From NCBI GenBank assembly GCA_035299345.1, contig DATGWU010000184.1, positions 1 to 50,976 on the forward strand: 50,976 nt of DNA. The letters are read 5' to 3'. Source of the DNA: Rhizobium sp. Lineage in GTDB: Bacteria; Pseudomonadota; Alphaproteobacteria; Rhizobiales; Rhizobiaceae. The notes beneath the pieces were generated by a model. The model was not told the origin of the DNA, searched no databases, and worked only from the letters and a program-made list of their open reading frames with translations. The position numbers were made by a program, and so were the translations under genes. Positions within the stretch are counted from its first letter, which is position 1. Every line of letters begins with the position of its first letter. This document shows positions 20,770-29,500 of the stretch, one piece after another.

Positions 20770-22362
20770 ATGATAGTCGAGGGCGGCAGTCATTGGTGCC
20801 AGCCGCTCGTATTGAAGGAAGGTAGCCCAGGCAGAATGCCAGCTCCGACGGACAGACACATGTGGGCGCTTGGTCCTTTTGCGAGTATGCGGGGATTGCG
20901 AGGGTCGTTGAATCTGCTCGCAGCAGTTTCGTTGACTGCGTTGCTGTCGTCGTGCCAGTCGCTGTTCGAACAGGCTTATGTCCCGGATGTCTCTCCTTCG
21001 AGCACCCCGCAGATCGTCGAAGAGGTTCAAAAGGGTGATCCGCGGGCACAGATGGGCGCGCGCGAACATCCGCGGATCGTCGCAAGCTATGGCGGCGAGT
21101 ATCATGACGAGAAAACGGAGAAACTGGTGGCGCGTATTGCGGGCGCGCTGACGGCTGTTTCGGAGAACCCGAACCAGTCCTACCGGATCACGATCCTCAA
21201 CTCTCCGGCAATCAACGCCTTTGCACTGCCCGGTGGGTACCTCTACGTGACGCGTGGTCTGCTTGCACTCGCCAATGACGCGTCGGAGGTGGCCGCCGTG
21301 CTGTCGCACGAGATGGCACATGTCACCGCCAACCATGGAATCGAGCGCCAGCGCCGTGAAGAGGCGGAGGTGATCGCCAGCCGCGTGGTGGCGGAGGTTC
21401 TTTCGAGTGATCTTGCCGGGAAGCAGGCACTTGCGCGCGGAAAGCTCCGCCTGGCGGCGTTTTCGCGCCAGCAGGAGTTGCAGGCGGATGTCATCGGCGT
21501 GCGAACATTGGGCGAGGCCGGGTATGATCCCTATGCTGCGGCGCGTTTCCTCGATTCGATGGCGGCCTACAGTCACTTCACCTCGGTCGATCCCTATTCG
21601 GACCAGAGTCTCGACTTTTTGTCGAGCCATCCGAATGCCCCGCAGCGCGTGGAACTGGCCCGCCGCCATGCGCGCGCCTTCGGGCCCGAGGGAACACATG
21701 GCGAGACGGGGCGTGACTATTACCTACAGGGAATCGACGGCCTGCTCTATGGCGACAGCCCGCAGGAGGGCTATGTCCGCGGGCAGACTTTCCTGCACGC
21801 AGGGCTCGGCATCCGCTTCGACGTTCCGGACGGCTTTCAGATCGACAACAAGGTCGAAGCGGTGCTGGCAACAGGCCCGGGCGACGTCGCGATCCGCTTC
21901 GACGGGATCGCCGACAGCGATCGCCGCAGCCTTTCCAACTACATTTCGAGTGGTTGGGTCACAGGACTTCTTCCCGAGACAATTCGCGCGATTACCGTCA
22001 ATGGCCTCGAAGCGGCCACGGCGAAGGCCTCCGCGGAACGGTGGGATTTCGACGTCACTGTCATCCGGATCGGTCCGCAGATCTTTCGTTTCCTGACCGC
22101 GGTGCCGAAAGGCAGCCCGACCCTGGAACCGACGGCGAACAAGCTCCGGTCGAGCTTCCGCCGGATTACCCGACAGGAGGCGGCTTCTCTGAAGCCGTTG
22201 CGTGTCAGGGTCATTACCGTTGGGCAAGGCGATACGATCGGCTCACTCGCGGCACGGATGATGGGTACCGAACGGAAGCTTGAACTGTTCAAGTTGATCA
22301 ACGCACTCAACACCGGGTCGACGCTCGCGCCCGGGAGCCGCGTGAAGATCATCTCGGAGTAA
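20770..22362 (+). CDS. M48 family zinc metallopeptidase lipoprotein with C-terminal LysM-like region
   Basis: Lipobox LLSSC, NAFALPGG, HEMAH, ELQAD and FLSSHP motifs. Start uncertain (alternative ATG at 20887). Confidence 0.88.
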   Translation: MIVEGGSHWCQPLVLKEGSPGRMPAPTDRHMWALGPFASMRGLRGSLNLLAAVSLTALLSSCQSLFEQAYVPDVSPSSTPQIVEEVQKGDPRAQMGAREHPRIVASYGGEYHDEKTEKLVARIAGALTAVSENPNQSYRITILNSPAINAFALPGGYLYVTRGLLALANDASEVAAVLSHEMAHVTANHGIERQRREEAEVIASRVVAEVLSSDLAGKQALARGKLRLAAFSRQQELQADVIGVRTLGEAGYDPYAAARFLDSMAAYSHFTSVDPYSDQSLDFLSSHPNAPQRVELARRHARAFGPEGTHGETGRDYYLQGIDGLLYGDSPQEGYVRGQTFLHAGLGIRFDVPDGFQIDNKVEAVLATGPGDVAIRFDGIADSDRRSLSNYISSGWVTGLLPETIRAITVNGLEAATAKASAERWDFDVTVIRIGPQIFRFLTAVPKGSPTLEPTANKLRSSFRRITRQEAASLKPLRVRVITVGQGDTIGSLAARMMGTERKLELFKLINALNTGSTLAPGSRVKIISE

Positions 22363-22383
22363 CGCCCGGCCGAGTCGTGGCTG

Positions 22384-23259
22384 TCAGGTGGCCAGTTCGC
22401 GAAGCTCGCCTGTGGTGGGACCGCAACTGCTCAGGGCCGTCTTCAGCTTTTCCATTGCGCGAGTTTCGATCTGGCGCACCCTTTCCTTGGAAATGCCGAG
22501 TTCGACGCCGAGCTCTTCGAGCGTTGCACTATCTTCGGAGAGGCGGCGTGCCCGAATGATCCGGGTTTCACGATCGTTCAGTCGCTCCATGGCGCATTTG
22601 AGCCATTTCGACCAGCGTTCGCCGTCGATCTTGCCGCGCGCTTGCTCGTCGGGCGGGAGTTCCTCGCTCTCCAGCATTTCGAGCTGTTCGATGCCCTGTC
22701 CATTCTTGCCCATGATGGGCGTCTGCAAGGAGGCGTCGTTCCCGGCCAGACGGGCGTCCATCGACTGGACATCAGCCACGCTGACGCCAAGCGTGGCGGC
22801 GATCTGCTGATGAATTGCCTGATCGGTCATGTGGCTGTCAGTCTGGGCCAGCTTCGCACGCAGCCTGCGAAGATTGAAGAAGAGCGCTTTCTGGGATGAA
22901 CTTGTTCCGCCTCTGACGATTGACCAGTTGCGGAGAATGTAATCTTGCATCGAGGCGCGGATCCACCATCCTGCATAGGTGGAGAAGCGGACCTCCCGCG
23001 CCGGATCGAAGCGTGCGGCTGCTTCGAGGAGACCTATATAGCCTTCCTGGATCAAATCATTGAGCGGGAGGCCGAAGCCGCGGAATTTCGTTGCCATGGC
23101 AATGACAAGGCGCATATGCGCATAGGCAATTCGATTGCGTGCGTCCCGGTCCTGGCCATTTTTCCATCTTTTGGCGAGATCAATCTCCTCCTCGCGTTCC
23201 AGATAGGGCTGAGCCATGGCAAAACGGATAATGTGTCTGTCAACGGACATGGCGTTCAT
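22384..23259 (-). CDS. rpoH2: sigma32-family RNA polymerase sigma factor RpoH2
   Basis: DLIQEG, RFSTYA.WWIRA, RpoH box QKALFFNLR and TLEELG..LGISKERVRQIE; GGAG RBS before ATG 23259. Confidence 0.9.
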   Translation of the reverse strand: MNAMSVDRHIIRFAMAQPYLEREEEIDLAKRWKNGQDRDARNRIAYAHMRLVIAMATKFRGFGLPLNDLIQEGYIGLLEAAARFDPAREVRFSTYAGWWIRASMQDYILRNWSIVRGGTSSSQKALFFNLRRLRAKLAQTDSHMTDQAIHQQIAATLGVSVADVQSMDARLAGNDASLQTPIMGKNGQGIEQLEMLESEELPPDEQARGKIDGERWSKWLKCAMERLNDRETRIIRARRLSEDSATLEELGVELGISKERVRQIETRAMEKLKTALSSCGPTTGELRELAT

Positions 23260-23315
23260 TTGCGTCTCCAAAACTGGATGGCCATGCGGGGCACGAGCAC
23301 TGACGGCCTTTGATG

Positions 23316-23340
23316 AACGGGTAAGCAGAGCCCGGGTTCC
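23316..23340 (-). promoter_or_regulatory. EcfG/RpoE2 general-stress promoter of rpoH2
   Basis: Exact GGAAC-N16-CGTT, 57 nt upstream of the start codon. Confidence 0.8.
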
Positions 23341-23497
23341 ATGAATCAAGAAAACTTTCTCGACCTGAATCCGAGGAGAATCAGCTGGAGCTGAATATCA
23401 CGCGCCCATTTTACGAGTTCGTCACCGTATCGGCGCATCCCGTTGAGTAGAAATGGCTCTTCTCACGCACTTGTGAAAGTAGGGAAGGACGGTGCCC

Positions 23498-24313
23498 TCA
23501 GCGTGATCGTCGCGTGCGAAAATTCGGCCAGATGTTGTGTGGAAGGGGAAGGCGTGGCATCGGCAGCCCGTTCGGGCCGGGCTTGAAGACAATGCCGTAG
23601 CGCGAAAACGCGATGGCGATCAACAGCGAGAACCAGGCGCCGAACGCCAATCCAGCGGTTACATCGCTCGGATAGTGTGCTCCTACCATGACTCGCGTCA
23701 TGCCGAGCCAGACGGCGAGCATGGCAAGGACGGCACGATAGCGTGGAAGGAGCAGCGCGAGAGCCATGAAGAGCGCACCGATGGTGGTTGCGTGACCCGA
23801 AGGGAAGCTCTCGAAACGGGCATTTCCGGCAAAGGGTGAAAAGCCGAACACACCCCACTCTTCGAACTGGATCGGCCGGGCGCGGCCGATCGCGCGCTTG
23901 ATCAGATTCACCGAGAGGCCGGAAAGGGCGACAGTTGCGAAGAGATAAAGGGCAATCTGGCTTGTATAGAGCGCCTGAAAACGCCCTCTGGCGCCTTCGA
24001 TCCTGCCGGCTGCCATGAACGTCACGAAGAATATGAAGGCGGATCCGAAGAGCATCCACCCAGATTTGCCGATGTCGGTGACGGCGCGACTGACCGAACG
24101 TACCGCGTTCGGTATGTCTCCGGCGGTCGCCGCCGCGGGCATATCGAAAACCAGAAACGCCAGGGCGACGAGGTTGGCACTGACGAATAGAAAAATCTGC
24201 CAGTAGGACGAAGAAGCAGGAAGTGTATTCCTTTCACGGCGGGCTTTCAGCCAAGCCGCGATTGCGCCTGCGTTTTTCTTCTCAATGGTTCTCAGCTGGC
24301 GGCCCTTTGCCAC
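23498..24313 (-). CDS. lpxE: PAP2 family phosphatase, lipid A 1-phosphatase LpxE-like
   Basis: KRAIGRARP, SFPSGH and TRVMVGAHYPSD motifs, multiple TM segments; GTG start with GAGGA RBS. Confidence 0.8.
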   Translation of the reverse strand: MAKGRQLRTIEKKNAGAIAAWLKARRERNTLPASSSYWQIFLFVSANLVALAFLVFDMPAAATAGDIPNAVRSVSRAVTDIGKSGWMLFGSAFIFFVTFMAAGRIEGARGRFQALYTSQIALYLFATVALSGLSVNLIKRAIGRARPIQFEEWGVFGFSPFAGNARFESFPSGHATTIGALFMALALLLPRYRAVLAMLAVWLGMTRVMVGAHYPSDVTAGLAFGAWFSLLIAIAFSRYGIVFKPGPNGLPMPRLPLPHNIWPNFRTRRSR

Positions 24314-24432
24314 GGTGCGTCCTCGAGCCGTATGGCTCCTTGCAGTCCGGGCGGTGTTTGGCGCCCGGTGAAGAATGTACCCATGCAGCCGGAAGACCCG
24401 CAAAAGCCGTGCGGGCCCCGACCGTCAGATCC

Positions 24433-25545
24433 TCATGCGGAAAGTGTCTTGAACTCTGCGAGAATGGTGTCGCCCATTTCAGAGGTTCCGACCTGCCGGC
24501 AACCCTCGGCCATGATGTCGCCCGTCCGGATGCCTTTTTCCAGGACGTTCGCGATCGCCTTTTCCAGGGTGTCGGCTTCCTTGATCATATTGAATGAATA
24601 ACGAAGGCACATCGCGAACGACGCGATCATCGCGATCGGATTGGCAACAGCCTTTCCGGCGATGTCGGGCGCGGATCCGTGAACCGGCTCATAGAGAGCC
24701 TTGCGCTTGCCGGTCTTCACATCGGGCGCACCGAGCGATGCCGAGGGAAGCATGCCGAGAGAGCCGGTCAGCATGGCGGCGACGTCGGAGAGCATGTCGC
24801 CGAAGAGGTTGTCCGTGACAATGACGTCGAACTGTTTCGGGTTGCGCACCAGCTGCATGCCGCCGGCATCGGCCAGCATGTGCTCGAGCTTGACGTCCGG
24901 ATATTTCGTCTTGTGGACGTCGGTGACGACCTGGTTCCACAACACGCCGGACTTCATGACGTTCCGCTTCTCCATGGAGCAGACAGCATTCTTACGGGTG
25001 CGGGCAAGTTCGAACGCGACCGATGCGATACGCTCGATCTCGTAGGTGTCGTAGACCTGTGTGTCGATCGCGCGTTTCTGGCCGTTGCCGAGATCGGTGA
25101 TCGTCTTCGGTTCACCAAAGTATACGCCGCCCGTGAGCTCGCGCACGATCAGGATATCGAGGCCTTCGACCAGTTCAGGCTTCAGCGATGACGCCGAAGC
25201 GAGGGCGGGATAGCAGATCGCCGGGCGAAGATTGGCGAAGAGTTCGAGATCCTTGCGAAGGCGGAGGAGACCGGCTTCCGGGCGGACGTCATAGGGAACG
25301 GCATCCCACTTCGGACCGCCGACAGCACCGAAGAGTACGGCGTCCGCGGCCATCGCTTTGGCCATGTCACCTTCGGAGATCGCAACGCCGTGCGCGTCGT
25401 AGGCGCATCCGCCGACAAGTCCCTCGTCGGTCTCGAACCCGGTCTTCATCTCGCTGTTCATGTAGGCGACGATCTTGCGGACCTCGGCCATGGTCTCGGG
25501 GCCGATGCCGTCACCAGGGAGAAGGAAAAGCTTGCGCACTGTCAT
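24433..25545 (-). CDS. leuB: 3-isopropylmalate dehydrogenase
   Basis: [30 protein letters not shown] and [12 protein letters not shown] motifs. Confidence 0.97.
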   Translation of the reverse strand: MTVRKLFLLPGDGIGPETMAEVRKIVAYMNSEMKTGFETDEGLVGGCAYDAHGVAISEGDMAKAMAADAVLFGAVGGPKWDAVPYDVRPEAGLLRLRKDLELFANLRPAICYPALASASSLKPELVEGLDILIVRELTGGVYFGEPKTITDLGNGQKRAIDTQVYDTYEIERIASVAFELARTRKNAVCSMEKRNVMKSGVLWNQVVTDVHKTKYPDVKLEHMLADAGGMQLVRNPKQFDVIVTDNLFGDMLSDVAAMLTGSLGMLPSASLGAPDVKTGKRKALYEPVHGSAPDIAGKAVANPIAMIASFAMCLRYSFNMIKEADTLEKAIANVLEKGIRTGDIMAEGCRQVGTSEMGDTILAEFKTLSA

Positions 25546-25638
25546 GGGAAACCCCTGCTTCAAATAAGTTGCGGCGTTTTATCGACAGCAGACCGCCATT
25601 TCAAGCGCGGCAAGACCGCAAGCGGTACGCCTTGGACC

Positions 25639-25675
25639 AAAAGCGATGAAGGCGACCGTAAGGCCGCCTTCATCG
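25639..25675 (-). terminator. Terminator after leuD
   Basis: CGATGAAGGCG...CGCCTTCATCG 11-bp stem followed by CTTTT on the minus strand. Confidence 0.7.
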
Positions 25676-25691
25676 AAATTCTCGGGAGAGC

Positions 25692-26297
25692 TTATGCCCA
25701 GGGATGAGCAACAGCATTGGCCTTTTCGAAATTCGCTATGCTCGCCGCCTTCTCGAGTGTCAGGCCGATGTCATCGAGGCCGTTCAGCAGGCAATGGCGC
25801 TTGAACGGATCGACGTCGAATTTGATCGTGCCGCCGTCTGGGCCGGTGATTTCCTGAGCTTCCAGGTCGACGGTCAGAACTGCATTGGAGCCGCGGCCGG
25901 CATCGTCCATCAGCTTCTCGAGGTTTTCGGGGCTGACGACGATCGGCAAGATGCCGTTCTTGAAGCAGTTGTTGTAGAAGATGTCGGCGAAACTGGTCGA
26001 AATCACGCAGCGGATGCCGTAATCGAGCAGGGCCCAGGGCGCGTGCTCGCGAGAGGAACCGCAGCCGAAGTTGTCTCCGGCGACCAGGATCTGCGCGTTG
26101 CGATAGGCGGGCTTGTTGAGAACGAAGTCCGCGTTCTCGGAGCCGTCTTCCTTGTAACGGGCTTCCGCGAAAAGTCCTTTGCCGAGGCCAGTGCGCTTGA
26201 TCGTCTTCAGATAATCCTTCGGGATGATCATGTCGGTGTCGATATTGACGACCGGAAGCGGCGCGGCGACGCCGGTGAGCTTAACGAACTTTTCCAT
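25692..26297 (-). CDS. leuD: 3-isopropylmalate dehydratase small subunit
   Basis: [29 protein letters not shown] and [11 protein letters not shown] motifs. Confidence 0.97.
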   Translation of the reverse strand: MEKFVKLTGVAAPLPVVNIDTDMIIPKDYLKTIKRTGLGKGLFAEARYKEDGSENADFVLNKPAYRNAQILVAGDNFGCGSSREHAPWALLDYGIRCVISTSFADIFYNNCFKNGILPIVVSPENLEKLMDDAGRGSNAVLTVDLEAQEITGPDGGTIKFDVDPFKRHCLLNGLDDIGLTLEKAASIANFEKANAVAHPWA

Positions 26298-26452
26298 CAT
26301 TCCTGCCTGTGATCTTCAACGTTCCTGCGGGGCTTCCTGCCAATAGAGGAAAACCGAGAGAAATTGAAGGAGAATCTCACTTCCGCAGCGTGCGGGTCGT
26401 CATCAGGCGCCAATGGTCGCGTCTGCTCGATACGTATATGCGGATCAGTGGG

Positions 26453-26680
26453 TCAGAGATCGATGATGGTGCCGCGGCCGTCATTCCATACATGCATCTC
26501 GCGGCTTTTGGCCTTGGCATTGAGGGGGGCCGGTTTCGCTCGCGTCGAAAGCATGCGCAAGGCGAGAGAAACGGTCAGGATCGCTCCGGCGACGAGCGTA
26601 AGGGAAATCGTGAAGACGGTTGCAGCCGCGAAGACGCAAATGCCGACAAGAGCGAGGCCAATGGCGCGAAAATTTTGCAT
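26453..26680 (-). CDS. Small hypothetical membrane protein (75 aa)
   Basis: GAAAGGA RBS, long hydrophobic N-terminal segment, basic linker and C-terminal VWNDGRGTIIDL. Confidence 0.75.
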   Translation of the reverse strand: MQNFRAIGLALVGICVFAAATVFTISLTLVAGAILTVSLALRMLSTRAKPAPLNAKAKSREMHVWNDGRGTIIDL

Positions 26681-26788
26681 GGTCGAGGTCCTTTCCCAAA
26701 TAAGGTGGTCCTTCCGCCCTATAATTGCAAGGCTTCCTGACGTTCGATCGTCTTGCATGCTCCGACAAAGCTTGGCACAAGTGCGCCC

Positions 26789-27706
26789 ATGAGCTTGTCA
26801 TCCTCTGCCAGTCTTTCGGTCCGGCTGCGCCGCTCCGTCTTGAGCGTTCCTGCCATCAATTCGCGAGCACTCGCCAAGGTTCCGGATCTCGACTGCGATG
26901 TCGTGATCTTCGACCTCGAAGACTCGGTCGCTCCGGAGAAGAAAGGAGAAGCACGCGAGAATCTCCGGCGTTTCTTTGCTGAAGTGTCTCCGTTGCACGA
27001 CAAGGAGTGCGTCATCCGGATCAATGGTCACGATACCGGATTCGCTGATGACGATATGGCGGCGGTCATCGCTTGCCGCCCCGATGCTGTGTTGTTGCCG
27101 AAGGTCGACGGCCCGCAGGACGTGGAACGGGTGGCCGATCTGTTGGCCGAGACCGACGCTCCCGAAGGCTTGCGCATATGGGCCATGATGGAAACGCCTC
27201 TCGGTGTACTCAATGCGGCTGCAATTGCGCGAATGGGCCGAACCGATGGTGCGCGGCTTGACTGTCTGGTGATCGGCCTCAACGATCTGCGCAAGGCGAC
27301 GGGTGTGCCGGCTGGGTCTGGTCGGACTTTTCTTGTGCCCTGGCTGATGCAGGTGGTTCTGGCGGCGCGGGCCTTCGGACTGGACGTAATCGACAGCGTC
27401 AGCAATGATTTCAGCGATATTGCCGCTTTCGAAGCCGAGTGCCGGCAGGGGCGTTCCATGGGATTCGACGGAAAGATGTTGATCCACCCCGCACAGATTG
27501 GTCCGGCGAACCGGTATTTCGGTCCGAGTGCGGAGGAGATTGCGGAGGCGCAGGCAATTGCCGAGGTTTTCGCCACTCCGGCGGCGGCCGAACTCAACGT
27601 CGTCAACAGCAACGGCCGGATGATCGAACGGCTGCATCTCGGTCAGGCCGAGCGGCTGTTGGCCAAGGCAAAAATTATCCAGGACAGGAAAGGCAATTCG
27701 ACATGA
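26789..27706 (+). CDS. CitE/HpcH family CoA ester lyase
   Basis: RRSVLSVP, IFDLEDSV, VIRIN, LLPKV, METPLG, GLNDL and GFDGKMLIHPAQI motifs. Confidence 0.92.
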   Translation: MSLSSSASLSVRLRRSVLSVPAINSRALAKVPDLDCDVVIFDLEDSVAPEKKGEARENLRRFFAEVSPLHDKECVIRINGHDTGFADDDMAAVIACRPDAVLLPKVDGPQDVERVADLLAETDAPEGLRIWAMMETPLGVLNAAAIARMGRTDGARLDCLVIGLNDLRKATGVPAGSGRTFLVPWLMQVVLAARAFGLDVIDSVSNDFSDIAAFEAECRQGRSMGFDGKMLIHPAQIGPANRYFGPSAEEIAEAQAIAEVFATPAAAELNVVNSNGRMIERLHLGQAERLLAKAKIIQDRKGNST

Positions 27707-27909
27707 GACTTTATCGATTCCTCACGGGGCCGGACGATGCATCGTTTTGTCACCGGGTGACTGACGCATTGAACAAGGGCTGGGAGCTGCATGGTGCACC
27801 GAGCCTCTCTTTCAATGCCGCTACGAACCAGATGTACTGCGGACAGGCGGTGGTGAAGACGGTGCATGGCAAGGATTACGATCCGAGCATGAAGCTCGGC
27901 GAGCAATAA
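27703..27909 (+). CDS. DUF1737 family small protein (68 aa)
   Basis: MRLYRFLTGPDDASFCHRVTDALNKGWELHG...CGQAVVK; ATGA overlap with the lyase stop. Confidence 0.85.
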   Translation: MRLYRFLTGPDDASFCHRVTDALNKGWELHGAPSLSFNAATNQMYCGQAVVKTVHGKDYDPSMKLGEQ

Positions 27910-27941
27910 AGAAAGGCCCCGTGATCGGGGCCTTTTTCTTT
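27908..27941. terminator. Bidirectional Rho-independent terminator
   Basis: AAAGAAAGGCCCCG-tgat-CGGGGCCTTTTTCTTT between convergent genes. Confidence 0.9.
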
Positions 27942-27957
27942 GAAGACTGGACTTTCG

Positions 27958-28398
27958 TCAGCCGTTGGCGGCGGCATCTTCGGCGCTTTCCTCGATGCGG
28001 GCCATGTCGTCGTCACTCAGGCCGAAGTGATGTCCAATCTCGTGGATCAACACATGGGTAATGATGTCGCCCAGGGTTTCGTCGTTTTCCGCCCAATAGT
28101 CGAGAATCGGACGGCGGTAGAGCATGATGCGGTTCGGCATCTCGCCGGTTTCCATGGTGAAACGCTCGGAAATGCCGCGGCCTTCGAAGAGGCCCAGCAG
28201 ATCAAAAGGAGTTTCGAGCGCCATATCCTCGAAGACTTCGTCGGTCGGAAAGTCGGCGATCTCGATAATCAGGTTGTCGGTAAGTGCACGGAATTCTTCC
28301 GGCAGATGGCTATAGGCTTCGATCGCCAGTGATTCAAACGTGCTGATCGTCGGTGCGTGGCGTTCACGCCAATCTTCGGTCTGATCCATCCGGGCCAT
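27958..28398 (-). CDS. Zincin-like minimal metallopeptidase (Zincin_1/DUF1025)
   Basis: LLGLFEG, PNRIMLYRRPI and HEIGHHFG (HExxH) motifs; AAGGAG RBS. Confidence 0.9.
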   Translation of the reverse strand: MARMDQTEDWRERHAPTISTFESLAIEAYSHLPEEFRALTDNLIIEIADFPTDEVFEDMALETPFDLLGLFEGRGISERFTMETGEMPNRIMLYRRPILDYWAENDETLGDIITHVLIHEIGHHFGLSDDDMARIEESAEDAAANG

Positions 28399-28520
28399 CG
28401 GAACTCCTTGTCTGTCCGTCATATAGGACCTTTGCCGGCACTTTTCGAGGGAAAATCCGGACGAGGAATAAATTCTCATGAAATGCGGTTGACTCTTTAC
28501 TGAAGCTCTGGAATCCATAG

Positions 28521-28535
28521 GAACATATAGAGAAC
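28521..28535 (+). promoter_or_regulatory. Alphaproteobacterial LexA (SOS) box
   Basis: GAAC-ATATAGA-GAAC (GAAC-N7-GAAC) 20 nt before the imuA ATG. Confidence 0.9.
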
Positions 28536-28555
28536 AAAAAACGGAGTTGGACGTC

Positions 28556-29500
28556 ATGGCTGGAGAGGCTGTGGCGCGGGAGACGCTTTTTGCCCTGCGT
28601 CAGACCATCGCTCATATCGAGGGACGAACTGTAGTCGATCTGGATGCCGCGCGCGAGGAAACAGAGGCGCCCGGACTTGCAGTGCGAACCTCCGGGAGAG
28701 GTGGCATGAGGATATTGCCGTTCGGTCTTCAGGCAATGGATGAACCCATGGAAGGTGGACTTCCCCTTGATGCCGTAACCGAAATTCGCAGCGATCGGCT
28801 GGGTGATGCCGGAGCGGCAAGCGGTTTCATGCTGGCGCTTTCCGCTCGTCTTCTGATGCATTCCTCTTCCGGCGCAGGGCCGGCCCGCATTCTCTGGATT
28901 GGCGATGAGACCGTGGCCAGGGAGGCCGGTCTTCCCCATGCCGCAGGTCTGCGGGATTACGGACTTGATCCGCGGCATCTCCTGTATGCCAGACCAAAGC
29001 GGATCGAGGATGGGCTCTGGCTTGCCGAGGCAGGTCTTGCAAGTGGCATCTTCTGTGCCGTCATTCTGGAAGTTTGCGGCAATCCTCGTCGTTTCGGCCT
29101 GACGGAAAGCCGCCGTCTCAGTCTCAAGGCGCGTTCCGCCGGCCGGCCCCTGTTGCTGTTGCGGCAGGGAGGGGAAGAAGAGGCCGGCAGTGCCGTCTTT
29201 CGCGTTCGCATTCGCCCGTCATTGGCGCAATCCCGTCGTCTTCCCGATGGTTCCGTACTCGGCGGCAGCATCGCCACCCCCATTTTCCGGGTCACCCTGG
29301 AAAAGAGCCGACTTCCGGCACCTGTCGACATCCATCTGGAGTGGAATCCTTATGACCGTCTGTTTTCCCTCACCACCCTCCTCCCTGTTTCAGCAGACAA
29401 CAAGCAGACGAATTCTGGCGCTGTTCTTTCCCCATCTGCGGACGGACAGGATCGCACGTCGTTACTGGGGGGCGTCGTGGCGTTCGACAGGGCGTCCTGA
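28556..29500 (+). CDS. imuA: ImuA, RecA-like mutasome accessory protein
   Basis: GGLPLDAVTEI, LWIG, GLDPRHLL and SRRLSL motifs; first gene of the LexA-boxed cassette. Confidence 0.88.
   Translation: MAGEAVARETLFALRQTIAHIEGRTVVDLDAAREETEAPGLAVRTSGRGGMRILPFGLQAMDEPMEGGLPLDAVTEIRSDRLGDAGAASGFMLALSARLLMHSSSGAGPARILWIGDETVAREAGLPHAAGLRDYGLDPRHLLYARPKRIEDGLWLAEAGLASGIFCAVILEVCGNPRRFGLTESRRLSLKARSAGRPLLLLRQGGEEEAGSAVFRVRIRPSLAQSRRLPDGSVLGGSIATPIFRVTLEKSRLPAPVDIHLEWNPYDRLFSLTTLLPVSADNKQTNSGAVLSPSADGQDRTSLLGGVVAFDRAS

Noticed and set aside
26377-26403. Short uORF MTTRTLRK upstream of leuD as a possible attenuator peptide
   Set aside because: Only one Leu codon, no RBS and no terminator/antiterminator pair.
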